A stretch of 63,914 bases of DNA, filler included, from Octopus bimaculoides (taxonomy: Eukaryota), in NCBI RefSeq assembly GCF_001194135.2. It is 4 parts of 4 records of this genome, joined end to end, with 100 filler letters (N's around TTAATTAATTAA, not from the genome) between each part and the next. Parts side by side here need not be neighbours in the genome. Positions count along the whole stretch, not along the records: positions 47,513 to 63,914 come from NC_068988.1; 3 more parts are not named here. One strand, written 5' to 3'. This document shows positions 52,361-63,914 of this stretch, piece by piece (within the stretch, counting starts at the first letter, position 1; each line of letters opens with the position of its first letter). The notes under the pieces were generated by a model, which was given only the letters and a program-made list of their open reading frames with translations, was not told the DNA's origin and searched no databases. Made by a program: the position numbers and the translations under genes.

Positions 52361-52717
52361 TGTAGTAGAAGCAGCAGCAGTTGTAGCAGCATAACTGTAA
52401 CGAGGATATTATGTTTATTATTTTTATTAATTTATGTAACTTTGCGACGACGTCACCAGAAATAGTAACTAATAACTCCGTAATTAATATCACGTTCATA
52501 TCAGCATTTTCTACCGTGTCATCAACATTACAATCAGCATCCTCATCGTTGCAGGCATGCTCATCGTCACTGTTGTCATAAATCTTCGCCGGCACCCCTA
52601 CCAACACCTCGCAATATCACCACTGCCATCTTCATTACGATCATCGCCGTAGTCGTCACCGTCGTCGTCTTCATCGTCGTCGTCGTCGTCAATATCGCTG
52701 ACGTCGTCGTTAGATTT

Positions 52718-52752
<35 letters not shown>

Positions 52753-53525
52753 TATAGTATTCATCAACTTCAACTTCCTCATCATCGTTATCGTTGCCGT
52801 TGTCATCATCATTCATTTAACATCAACTTCCATAAACCAGACCATTATCAACGACGGCGCCGCGACCACCACCACCACCACCACCAACGACAACAACTAC
52901 TCCATCATCTCATACTCCCCCCAGCGCACCTCTTCCTCGTCATCATCAGCCGTTGCAGCAGCAGCAGCAGTAAGAGAATCGTAGTTATTAACATCAGTAC
53001 GATCGTCAACAATACTGTCATAGATGTCGTCATAATCTAGTCACGATCACGGTCATCCTAATCAATCATCCTCAATCATTCTCAATGATCAACTATTACC
53101 ATTGCCACCGCAATTAACGCCAGCATAACACATTTCATCATCATCATCATCATCGTCATCGTCATCACCCTCATCATCAACATCATCATCATCGTCATCA
53201 TCATCATCATCACCACCATCACCATCATCATCCTCATCATCACCACCACCACCACCTCCACCACCACCACCACCACCACTACCACCATCATCATCAGCAC
53301 TACCCAATTATCAGCATTAATTACATGATCTTTTTCGCAAACGTCACTACGTATCCCCCAACATATCACTCCCATTTTCTTCATTATCATCCCTGTCATT
53401 AATGACAGTTTTGTTAATTATGACACATATTTGATCCTACCATTCTGTAGACGCTACGTATGTCGTCATGCGTATTGAATAATTGCAAATCCAGAATGTT
53501 ATTCAAAGTTATGAAAAAATATTAC

Positions 53526-53594
53526 CTTATAAAAAGCATTGGATTACTAGACCTCCGGCAATATCTGACGGGCCATGTTATGGTGAAACTATTC
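53526..53594 (-). CDS. Gene B exon 3 (NSFTITWPVRYCRRSSNPMLFI)
   Basis: Long pyrimidine tract ...ttttacattacag|, donor AG|gtaata; 69 nt, phase 2 to phase 2. Confidence 0.8.
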
Positions 53595-53781
53595 CTGTAA
53601 TGTAAAATCTTAAGAGAAAGAAAAAAGAAAGGAAAAAAGAAAGAGAGGAGGTATGAAATGAAACAATTTATTTCACCAATTGACATCCCTACAACTACGA
53701 TTGTTTCACAACCTTTACTAGTATGAGTACAATCGGATTAGTGAAATTCACATGTTTCATCAAGTTGTATACATATACACA

Positions 53782-54016
53782 TACAGGGTTCTCAAGAATA
53801 AGTTTACAGTTATTCAACTATCACTTTCGTGTTCATATATTAATATTTGAGACCTTAATTATAAAAAAAAATGTGAAACCATTTCTCTATACTAATTTAA
53901 TTAATTTTGACAAGTTCCCTTTTCAGTTTGTAAGATAGAAATTTAAAGGTGATAAAATGTTTTAAGAGAAATTTTAATTGCCTACATGATAGCTGTAAAA
54001 CTACTTTTGGGCCACC

Positions 54017-54021
<5 letters not shown>
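53782..54021. mobile_element. Mariner-like MITE
   Basis: TA|CAGGGTTCTCAAGAATAAGTTTACAG versus reverse complement of the right end TA|CACGGTGGCCCAAAAGTAGTTTTACAG; TA flanks. Confidence 0.55.
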
Positions 54022-54052
<31 letters not shown>

Positions 54053-54847
54053 NNNNNNNNNNNNNNNNNNNNNNNNNNNNNNNNNNNNNNNNNNNNNNNN
54101 NNNNNNNNNNNNNNNNNNNNNNNNNNNNNNNNNNNNNNNNNNNNNNNNNNNNNNNNNNNNNNNNNNNNNNNNNNNNNNNNNNNNNNNNNNNNNNNNNNNN
54201 NNNNNNNNNNNNNNNNNNNNNNNNNNNNNNNNNNNNNNNNNNNNNNNNNNNNNNNNNNNNNNNNNNNNNNNNNNNNNNNNNNNNNNNNNNNNNNNNNNNN
54301 NNNNNNNNNNNNNNNNNNNNNNNNNNNNNNNNNNNNNNNNNNNNNNNNNNNNNNNNNNNNNNNNNNNNNNNNNNNNNNNNNNNNNNNNNNNNNNNNNNNN
54401 NNNNNNNNNNNNNNNNNNNNNNNNNNNNNNNNNNNNNNNNNNNNNNNNNNNNNNNNNNNNNNNNNNNNNNNNNNNNNNNNNNNNNNNNNNNNNNNNNNNN
54501 NNNNNNNNNNNNNNNNNNNNNNNNNNNNNNNNNNNNNNNNNNNNNNNNNNNNNNNNNNNNNNNNNNNNNNNNNNNNNNNNNNNNNNNNNNNNNNNNNNNN
54601 NNNNNNNNNNNNNNNNNNNNNNNNNNNNNNNNNNNNNNNNNNNNNNNNNNNNNNNNNNNNNNNNNNNNNNNNNNNNNNNNNNNNCCTATGGTTACCAATG
54701 ACCTCATTCTAATTGGCGGGAATTATAAGTTTACTTTCCATTTCTAACACCGTCATTTACCAGCGAGACATCTTTCTCAAATACGATCGACAAACATTTA
54801 TTCCCTACAAACTGTGAGTTTTTTTTGAAAATGTTTTCGTAAATCTT

Positions 54848-54934
54848 GAGATTAACACCCGCATCATTACCTACCTAACCCTAACAAACCCTAACCCTAA
54901 CACTGTAGTGAAAATCGTACCGGTGTTAATCTGA
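54848..54934 (-). mobile_element. Small TIR element with telomere-like repeats, copy 1
   Basis: agattaacacccgcatcatt ... (CCCTAA)-like ... aatcgtaccggtgttaatctga. Confidence 0.7.
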
Positions 54935-55102
54935 AAATTTAACAATCTTTTTTAAAACACTTTTACTTACTAACATCTTTTTTATTTAGTGTGTGTGTTG
55001 CCCATATATACATACACTTAACACTTAGTTGTGGGTTGCGAGTTTGATCGGCAGAGGTCATTATTATTATTATTTATTTATTATTATTATTATTTTTAAT
55101 TA

Positions 55103-55231
55103 TTCCCACAACGGCGGCTTCGGGCAGGTGGAGAATAGTCGATTATATTGACCCCCTGTGTACAACTGGTACTTATTTTTTAGACCCCGAAACGATGAAA
55201 GGCAAAGTCAACTTCGGCGGAATTTGAATTC
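55103..55231 (-). mobile_element. SINE family D fragment
   Basis: actggtacttattttttagaccccgaaacgatgaaaggcaaagtcaacttcggcggaatttgaa. Confidence 0.7.
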
Positions 55232-55582
55232 ACACACTCATACATACAGATATCCGTCATTCTCTTCCAAATACGATCGACAGTCAAACATTTATTCCTT
55301 ACAAACTGAATTTTTTAAATATCTTTCTTGAAACGCATTTACTTACTAACATATATAGACACAGAATACACATTAATACACAAATACATACAAATGCCTG
55401 TCATTTTTGTTAGTGTGTGTGTGTGTGTTGCCCATCTTAATATATAATGCTGAAGTTCTGTACTTACTAACATTTATTTATTTAGCGTGTATGTGTGTGT
55501 ATTGCCCATATATATATATGCACTTAAGACTTAGTTGTGGGTTTGGAGTTTGATCTGCAGAGGCCATTATTATTATTATTAT

Positions 55583-55728
55583 TCAGATTAACACCCGCAC
55601 GATTTTCACTACGGTGTTAGGGTTACGGTTTTTGGGTCAGGGTTACGGTTTTAGGGTTACGATGAGGGTCAGACTTACGGTTACGGTTTTAGGGTTAGGG
55701 TTACGTAATCGTGCGGGTGCTAATCTGA
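55583..55728 (+). mobile_element. Small TIR element with telomere-like repeats, copy 2
   Basis: 22-bp TIR with 1 mismatch: tcagattaacacccgcacgatt / aatcgtgcgggtgctaatctga, enclosing TTAGGG/TTACGG/TCAGGG units. Confidence 0.8.
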
Positions 55729-55739
55729 AAAATCACCGA

Positions 55740-56312
55740 AATGTGAAAACTACCGACCTTCCCATCTGTTATAAATTTTGTTGTTCTGTTTAATATGTAC
55801 ATAGATTATGCCTCCAAACAAGAGAGCTTGCTGGGGAAAGAAAGCAACCGGTTTAAAAAGACAGCAACAGACTGCAGCAATTCATCACATTCCAGAAGTT
55901 ACTTTGAACATAATGCAAAACGGTGCATCATCATCTACTGCCCAATCTGATAGAATTCTGCCAGAACTGTGTAGCAACAGATCGCCAGCAATTGCTTCAT
56001 CAGAGATTGCCGGCATACCTCCTGCGAAAAGGAATTACCCTGCAATGTGTAATCAAGGCAGCGCAAAAAGTTCTTTTGCACAAGCATTTGTATAGCCAAT
56101 TAGACGGATGAAATTTACATACATTTAATAATGATACACAAAACAGCCTTCAGACTTCCCCTATTAATTTCGTCTTTTGAATTATGAACATATTTACATC
56201 ATAAGGGTTTTTTCATTGTAAGGCTTTGTTTTTTAGTCGATTTTCACCTAGCAAGACTTATCGAAGATGGCGTAATAAGTCACACCCGGACAACGTCGGG
56301 TTATACTGCTAG
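55740..56312 (+). mobile_element. Probable non-autonomous Helitron (3' hairpin plus CTAG; short ORF)
   Basis: cccggac-aac-gtcggg hairpin at 56285-56300, then CTAG|T at 56309-56313; upstream 95-aa ORF MPPNKRACWGKK...; left boundary not identified. Confidence 0.55.
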
Positions 56313-56382
56313 TCATATGATAAATTTAGAAATTATACTCTGTACTTGCACTAAAAATGTAGTATCTGGCCCTATCACTCAC

Positions 56383-56484
56383 AAACGTTCAGTTGTCAAA
56401 AATCGACGAGGATATAGTTCTATGCATGGTGTTCCATCATTGTCACAATGCACATCCTTCGCTGATTTGCAAATGCATTGGCAT
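56383..56484 (-). CDS. Gene B exon 2 (CQCICKSAKDVHCDNDGTPCIELYPRRFLTTER)
   Basis: Acceptor ttttctcttggcaatag|, donor TT|gtgagt; 102 nt, phase 2 to phase 2; only this frame is open; 5 Cys. Confidence 0.85.
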
Positions 56485-58299
56485 CTATTGCCAAGAGAAA
56501 ATCAATCACTTTGCATGAATGCCAAATAGCGGAAATGATGTTTATGAAATCTTTGATGAAAATATTGCATAAAATCTGACAAAATACAAATTAAGAATGT
56601 GAGATATGTAATCATTTGACAACCCAGGATGGAAAAAAAACTGCCATAAAACAAACGAATCCATCATACAAATCATCGTGACATAAGTGACTTACATTGT
56701 GCATGACACTTATCAATTTTTGTATGCACCATTCACAGCTTTCAGTATTTGATCCACTTATGTACCTTTATAGACAATTAATTGGTACGGGTGTGTGGCA
56801 AGAAATTTGCTTTACAGTCACTTAAATCCGAGCTAAGTCCCACCACACGGAAACTTGGGCAACTGTTTTCTACTATAATCGACTCTGTGTTATGCATGTG
56901 TAGGTTTGCGGCCAGGTTTAGCTTCAGAGATTGTAATTATGCCATTATCCTTTAGCAATGAGTTTATTAAAGTTCAGTATCTTGCCAACTTGCAATCGTC
57001 TCGCTAAGTACTACCCTCTCATAAGATCACATAAAAGCGACCTGTGTACCCATTTTCTGTATAGATATTCACCCCTATCCTTACAAGCATCCATCTCTCC
57101 TTGTGTTTATGTATACCACATAACCACAATGGTGTGCTTTCTAGTATATGAAAACTTAAATAAGCAGAAGCAATTTTACAGGTATACAATCCCATACTGA
57201 GTAAGGTTCCGCGGTAGAAAATATCTTTATAAGACTTAATTCAATGGAGACAACCGGTACATATCTATATAAATATGGGTACGTATACATAAGAAAGCCG
57301 AACTTGAATTATAGTCATTGACGATCTATGAAATTTATTTCATTATGTAAATGAGCTGTATCAGATAGTTTCTCGCGAATATTAAAATATGAGCGTATGT
57401 ATTTGATGTAAAGTATANNNNNNNNNNNNNNNNNNNNNNNNNNNNNNNNNNNNNNNNNNNNNNNNNNNNNNNNNNNNNNNNNNNNNNNNNNNNNNNNNNN
57501 NNNNNNNNNNNNNNNNNNNNNNNNNNNNNNNNNNNNNNNNNNNNNNNNNNNNNNNNNNNNNNNNNNNNNNNNNNNNNNNNNNNNNNNNNNNNNNNNNNNN
57601 NNNNNNNNNNNNNNNNNNNNNNNNNNNNNNNNNNNNNNNNNNNNNNNNNNNNNNNNNNNNNNNNNNNNNNNNNNNNNNNNNNNNNNNNNNNNNNNNNNNN
57701 NNNNNNNNNNNNNNNNNNNNNNNNNNNNNNNNNNNNNNNNNNNNNNNNNNNNNNNNNNNNNNNNNNNNNNNNNNNNNNNNNNNNNNNNNNNNNNNNNNNN
57801 NNNNNNNNNNNNNNNNNNNNNNNNNNNNNNNNNNNNNNNNNNNNNNNNNNNNNNNNNNNNNNNNNNNNNNNNNNNNNNNNNNNNNNNNNNNNNNNNNNNN
57901 NNNNNNNNNNNNNNNNNNNNNNNNNNNNNNNNNNNNNNNNNNNNNNNNNNNNNNNNNNNNNNNNNNNNNNNNNNNNNNNNNNNNNNNNNNNNNNNNNNNN
58001 NNNNNNNNNNNNNNNNNNNNNNNNNNNNNNNNNNNNNNNNNNNNNNNNNNNNNNNNNNNNNNNNNNNNNNNNNNNNNNNNNNNNNNNNNNNNNNNNNNNN
58101 NNNNNNNNNNNNNNNNNNNNNNNNNNNNNNNNNNNNNNNNNNNNNNNNNNNNNNNNNNNNNNNNNNNNNNNNNNNNNNNNNNNNNNNNNNNNNNNNNNNN
58201 NNNNNNNNNNNNNNNNNNNNNNNTATATATATATATATATATATATAAAGTATATAATTATAAGAAAAATATGATTTTAGTTAAGGGCTACAGGACTAG

Positions 58300-60200
58300 C
58301 GACTGGGCTAGAATTAGGTGTTAAATAACTAAAATCCACGAAGAAATGAGCAAGAAGGTATACAAAAAATTCGGATAAATTCTCGGATATATTACTGGTT
58401 AATTTCACTCACGTTTTCTCAAAATCGTTTAGGACATCCATACACACGTCTCTTAGAATACCCCGTACAGGTATCATGCAGGTGACAAATAGGATGAGCG
58501 ATAGGTTGTCCCTTGGAAAATTCCTCTTTTAATATTTATATAACCTGACATCTCATTATATGCTGTGAGTTTAGTAATCCAGGTTGCCACTGAGCCCTTG
58601 TATGAACTTCACAATATTTTCATAGATGTTAACCAGTTTAAGACACTCGATAAACTACGAGTGTGAGACCATGCAATAGGTTTTCCTGTTTCCTAACCAT
58701 CCCCTGGCTAAATTCTTGCAGTCAACCAAGATAGTCTCGTATTATCAATCGATCCTTAAGCCATCTGATCTTGCGTTTACACCCTTTATGTTCCGCCTGG
58801 CGTATCTCATCCTTGTCTAGGTTCTTGTACATGCAATTTTAAATAATGCCCATCACCGTTTTCCCCAAAAGTAGCAAACAGAAAAAACATTTTAATGATC
58901 GAAAATCTACCATATTTCTTCTGACGTAATATCCTTCTATTTTTGTGTCATCCAGGACGGCACCTAAAATTCAAAGTTCATCATGTTGTCCAGCACACTC
59001 ACAATTGTTTTGTGTATTACTGTCAGGTTCTTAAACTAAAAGCCCTGGTGTCTATCTGGTTTAAGGTGATTTTTCACTCAGATTATTTCTTGCCCTGTTT
59101 CATAACCATTTTCTCAATAATTTTCATATTCTCCCGCCGATAATCTGCCTTCCCTATAACGACTCCGCTTATTTTCCACCTGTTTCTCCCAAAACCATAT
59201 GTTCGGCCAGAATCGCTTGCTCTCAGCATCTGGAACAGTGTTTTCAAATTTACATTTCCATTCAGTTCCTGATAAACTCGTTTCTGGTGTTCATCAAAAG
59301 TTCTTTGTAATCCGTACTGTTCAGTTCTGTGTTCGTACCTCTGTTTATGATCTTTTCGCTTTCAGACTCTCATTTAAATTTCTCATTCAAACCATTAATT
59401 CTAGTTTTCTTTACCCTATAATTCCTTTCTAACTCAACGTTGCTTCATTTCCGAATTTCATCACTCCTTATCTTTTCTAGGATATTAATGTATTTTCTGA
59501 TCACATTGACGGACTGCTTTATCCTCCTTTTTGACCATGGTTCCTTCTGGTTAAGTCGTTGATTACCACTGGCTTTAAAGGCTAACGTCCGAGCTATAAA
59601 GATCGACATTGCATTTATCATGTTTTTGGTGTCTGTGATGTCATTCTTCCCCATATCACCAGCATTGTCATTAAGCCTTCTGACCCATTCACCGACCTTC
59701 TTTTTGTATACTTTGTTTTTAAATCTTGCATCAAATCTCTGCTCAATAGAGGTCAACATATCAATGTTTTCATTCATTCAACATGTTTTCTTTGATCCTC
59801 GGATCTCTCAGCATTTTCCTGAACATTAACCTCAACCTCATGCTCTTCATTTCCCTCTAAATCGACAACTATTCACTCATTGTTTACTTTCTCTTCATCG
59901 TAATTCCATTCCCCAATCATCTTATCGCCCTCAAGAACCAGCCTCTTAATATTTTCTATTTCAACTGGGGATTATCATACATTCTTCTTGATTGCTCAAG
60001 GCCGGTCATTCACATTTTGTTCATTTATGTCGAACAAGTCACTTTCTGTTCAGGATTTGAGAATTCTTTGCACATATTCTCAAATGGGAAGTGTTTCATC
60101 GTCTATCGAGCTTGTTAGAAAGTAGCACTCAATTACAGCTTCATTAAGGTTTATATCCACTTTCTTTCGATAGTCGTTTGATGACGACCGAGCCCACATT
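58300..60200 (-). mobile_element. Old R4/NeSL-type non-LTR element, N-terminus plus RT, highly decayed
   Basis: KEPWSKRRIKQ N-terminal motif; relics of PGPDG..GFW.K, EQKGCKR, KAYDMVPH, FQGDSLSPLLF and YMDD between 59050 and 58400. Confidence 0.75.
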
Positions 60201-60234
60201 GCTCACCAATTATTATTATAAGTAGCGGCTTTAT

Positions 60235-60365
60235 GCCCGTCGCTTCTTTCTGAGTTCAAATTCTGCCGAGGTCGACTTTGCTTTTCATCATTTTGCGACC
60301 GATAAATTAAGTGCCATTGAAACACACGGATCGAATTTCAGTCCTTGTGCCTTTAGTAGAAAAGG
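60235..60365 (+). mobile_element. SINE family D fragment
   Basis: ttctgagttcaaattctgccgaggtcgactttgcttttcatc...ccttgtgcctttagtagaaaagg. Confidence 0.7.
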
Positions 60366-60367
60366 TT

Positions 60368-60639
60368 TATTATTATTATTATTATTCAGTAGTTTTATTT
60401 TTATAACGTGCTTTCACTTCACTACCGAGCGCAGCTCTGTGCGCCTTGGGTATGTGCTGTGGTTTGCTGTGGTGCTCTTATGTTTACTGTATTGAAAGTG
60501 TTTTGCGTAGAATGTGTGCAGTACCCAGTAGTGCAATTTTCTGTATGTTATATATATTTGTAAGTCCTGGTGTTTTTGTTATGTATTTGTCTGAATATTT
60601 TTTTATTATACCTAAGGCACCTACTATGATAGGAATTGT
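60368..60639 (-). mobile_element. Younger R4/NeSL-type element, 3' end
   Basis: TPGLTNIYNIQKIALLGTAHILRKTLSIQ* RLE C-terminus, short 3' UTR and (AAT)n tail; 5' part lost in a gap. Confidence 0.85.
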
Positions 60640-61180
60640 NNNNNNNNNNNNNNNNNNNNNNNNNNNNNNNNNNNNNNNNNNNNNNNNNNNNNNNNNNNNN
60701 NNNNNNNNNNNNNNNNNNNNNNNNNNNNNNNNNNNNNNNNNNNNNNNNNNNNNNNNNNNNNNNNNNNNNNNNNNNNNNNNNNNNNNNNNNNNNNNNNNNN
60801 NNNNNNNNNNNNNNNNNNNNNNNNNNNNNNNNNNNNNNNNNNNNNNNNNNNNNNNNNNNNNNNNNNNNNNNNNNNNNNNNNNNNNNNNNNNNNNNNNNNN
60901 NNNNNNNNNNNNNNNNNNNNNNNNNNNNNNNNNNNNNNNNNNNNNNNNNNNNNNNNNNNNNNNNNNNNNNNNNNNNNNNNNNNNNNNNNNNNNNNNNNNN
61001 NNNNNNNNNNNNNNNNNNNNNNNNNNNNNNNNNNNNNNNNNNNNNNNNNNNNNNNNNNNNNNNNNNNNNNNNNNNNNNNNNNNNNNNNNNNNNNNNNNNN
61101 NNNNNNNNNNNNNNNCTTTTTTCTGTTGCTATTCCATAATGTTGGCATAGCTTCCAGTGTATATAGGTCCCAGCTCTGTC

Positions 61181-61220
<40 letters not shown>

Positions 61221-61227
61221 GGTGATT

Positions 61228-61274
<47 letters not shown>

Positions 61275-61524
61275 TGTTGTTGTTGTTGTTATTGCAGCAG
61301 CAGCAGCATTTTTTCGGTTTCAGTGACGTGTCTGAAATTTTCTCATAAGATATCTTTAAAGAAACAGCATACGTAAGGGTAAATGTTGTTGCATTGTTTT
61401 GTAACGTTGACCATTTTTTTTTTCTGGAAAGCAAACGATTTTCAGTTATCTTTTATCTTTTGAATTGTATTCTATGGAATTTATAAAATAAATTAACAAC
61501 AGCAGAAATTGAACTTGCTCTTAC

Positions 61525-61688
61525 GCCCATTTCATACCATCATACTCAATCCAAAGATAGCTGTAAAAGCTATTGGACATCAATAACAAAGGCAGCGACA
61601 GCGACAGCAACGAAGACGGCAACATCAACAAGAAAATAGCAACAAAACTGTGTGATAATCGTGTCAGACGTGGCATGCAGACAATCAT
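61525..61688 (-). CDS. Gene B exon 1, signal peptide/anchor-like (MIVCMPRLTRLSHSFVAIFLLMLPSSLLSLSLPLLLMSNSFYSYLWIEYDGMKW)
   Basis: ATG at 61688 (or 61676), hydrophobic stretch, donor GC|gtaaga in phase 2 matching exon 56484. The hydrophobic part is low-complexity, so less certain. Confidence 0.55.
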
Positions 61689-61737
61689 ATAAGTTGTTTG
61701 ACATCGTCTTTTTATTCTTCTCTTTACATATCCAGTG

Positions 61738-61749
61738 TGCACATGCGCA
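61738..61749. promoter_or_regulatory. NRF1-like motif upstream of gene B
   Basis: tgcacatgcgca, 1 mismatch from TGCGCATGCGCA, about 50 nt upstream of the putative ATG. Confidence 0.3.
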
Positions 61750-62905
61750 TTGCATGTTCATACTTCTTTGTCTGGTTCCTACTGAAAAATGTTTACAGAT
61801 CACAACCATTTCGCGAAAAAGCTTTCGAAAGTAACTTTTCGAGCTCCGATGGTTGTGAAAATTCGCTTTATCGTGAAACGCCATGAGTAGTTTGAAAACA
61901 GGAGCAACGCTACTAATAGTAATTAAACCAAAGTCAGAGAACTAAATTTTCTACCATATCGCTATTCATAAAATTCCCTCCCCGCTATCGATATAATCAT
62001 TTGCCGCCAATAACCTGTATCAAAGGTTTCCCATGGTATTTACCACAGTATAGTTGGATCTAACAGAACATCCACGTTTAACTGGGGATAAATATTACCC
62101 TTTACTTCATTTTATGAGTAATTATGCAAATTTTATTCGCCATTAATTCTTTATAACTCTTTACTATACATGAACAAGTAAAAAATATGTCGTCCGTTCA
62201 ACAGAAATTCTTCGGTTTTTCCTATAAAAGTGAACTAAAATAGAAAAAAAATAAGCTTAAAGTTATCAAGTGTAACATACTATTTACTTGAAATTAAGGA
62301 TGGGAGACACATTCAAAACTTTTTAAAATCATCTTCTCCCTCGCGATAAGTCACTGACAATTTCTGATTGACTTAACCTTCCTTTTTTTCTCGTGAGAGC
62401 TAAAATAAATTAATACGTAGTTTAGAGTAATCAAATATATTCAATATAATGTGTTAAATTGAATTAGCATAAATTTTGATACGTCAAGTACATACTAAAA
62501 TATATTTGAGGTCGATTGTTAATCTCTTCAAAGGACTGTATTAAAGCGATGGCATACATTTCGTTTCTCCAAAATGTCGCCTATACAAACACACTTGCAT
62601 CGAACAACTTAGGTTCTTGTCTGTCTATATGTATTTCAATATGTACAAACAAGCTACTATTTCAGTGTGCTAATTTGATTTAAGGGCGAGATTTTAAATA
62701 CATCAATACTTTAAAGAAGATAATACTTTTTTGACTCTTTCAACGAATTTTGATATATTTCTTTTACTCATGAAATAAATAATTCTTTTTATCCTCAGAA
62801 ATTTGATTTTCATTATCAATTTTACACAATAGCACTGACAAGCATACATACCACAAAAATCATATGCGTAGGTGCAAATACACATATACATATACATGTA
62901 TGTAA

Positions 62906-62940
<35 letters not shown>

Positions 62941-63914
62941 CACATACATAGACACATAGATATACCTATACCTGTGTTTGTTCTTGTCTCTGTGTGTGTC
63001 TATACTAGCATGCACATACAATGCACTTCACCTTATATATGTATATATGTGTGTGTGTGTGTGTGTGTGCATGTGGTTGTCTGTCTGTGTCTGTGTGTAT
63101 GAGTGTGCAGTTTTTGATATCCTCATAGATGTTGCCAGACGAAAATTAAATAATTAAAGACAAAACTGAAAAGAAAAGAAAACTCCATAATCCGATATAT
63201 AGGAAATCTGATTCTTGATACTACGCAACTACAAACTAGGAACTCTTGATTCATGTCGGCAACGGAAACTGGCAAAAAAAAAAAAAAAAAAGAAACAATA
63301 TACCGTGAAATAAAATTTGCAACACAGGAAGCAATAAAAACAACAGTAGGTTAAATATATAAAAGTATGAAGTTCATTGTAGTTTTACATATTTTTGCAA
63401 AAAATAAATAAATAAATAAATAAGATCAATAACGAACTGGCAATTTATTATCAACTGCTAAAATATATTAAATGATATATTCCATCGTTGACCTTTTACT
63501 AATTTTTTCATTTATTTTCTCTATCGTCAAAGCATTTCTTCTTCTTTTGTCATATTTCACAAGATATTTTATTCTTGTGAAGAATGATTTGTTGTTTTTT
63601 TTTCTAACGATTTTGTAATGTGTCTTCTTAACTTTTGCTTCACTCTTACACTTTTCGTACTTTTATATTTTCGTTTTGTTCCTTGAACATAACTACGCAT
63701 TATATATTCTCGATTTTTAAAATAGAATCACAATTTAATAAAAAAAAATGAAACTTTACTTCATAATTTTTTATCTATTCTGTTATTGAACATACATAAT
63801 ATATTTACACATATGTATTCATGTTATACTAAGTGTCTGTGTGTATGCATATGTAATATTCCTGCTATAGTCTTCGTACACACACACAGACACACACTCA
63901 TATATATATATATA

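Noticed and set aside
52194-53399. Asp-rich, poly-Met and poly-Tyr ORFs resembling the gene A acidic exon
   Set aside because: Degenerate (GAT)/(TAG) repeats with stops in every frame and no flanking splice sites; lies in gene B intron 3.
55615-55705. Telomere or telomere-fusion site
   Set aside because: Only a few degenerate units, bracketed by TIRs and internal to an intron.

Overview
AT-rich, microsatellite-dense, gappy animal genomic DNA. The repeat landscape (tRNA-derived SINEs, RTE, Penelope, R4/NeSL-type, Tx1 and CR1-type LINE relics) looks cephalopod/Octopus-like; that assignment is inference. Most long ORFs in the track are gap or microsatellite artefacts. Reading splice sites by hand gives two phase-consistent minus-strand genes. 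Gene B (exons 61688-61525, 56484-56383, 53594-53526, 51910-51823) encodes a ~140-aa protein with a hydrophobic N-terminus and six Cys. Gene A (exons 8868-8746, 6634-5377, 3375-3273, possibly 3202-3099) encodes a protein with a very long Asp/Glu tract. I cannot name either. The most striking unexplained structure is a set of hammerhead-ribozyme (HHR) motifs: one type I HHR with an intact core, a large stem II insert and a palindromic stem III (31395-31497, minus); a repeated variant-core family (12010, 42349, 30552); a decayed one at the 3' end of a near-full-length Penelope element; and an orphan core. Also present: two small TIR elements filled with TTAGGG-like repeats, a probable non-autonomous Helitron, a 28-bp self-complementary satellite behind a Penelope GIY-YIG relic, and a LINE/SINE shared 3' tail. 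Everything was derived by hand; transposon boundaries are approximate.
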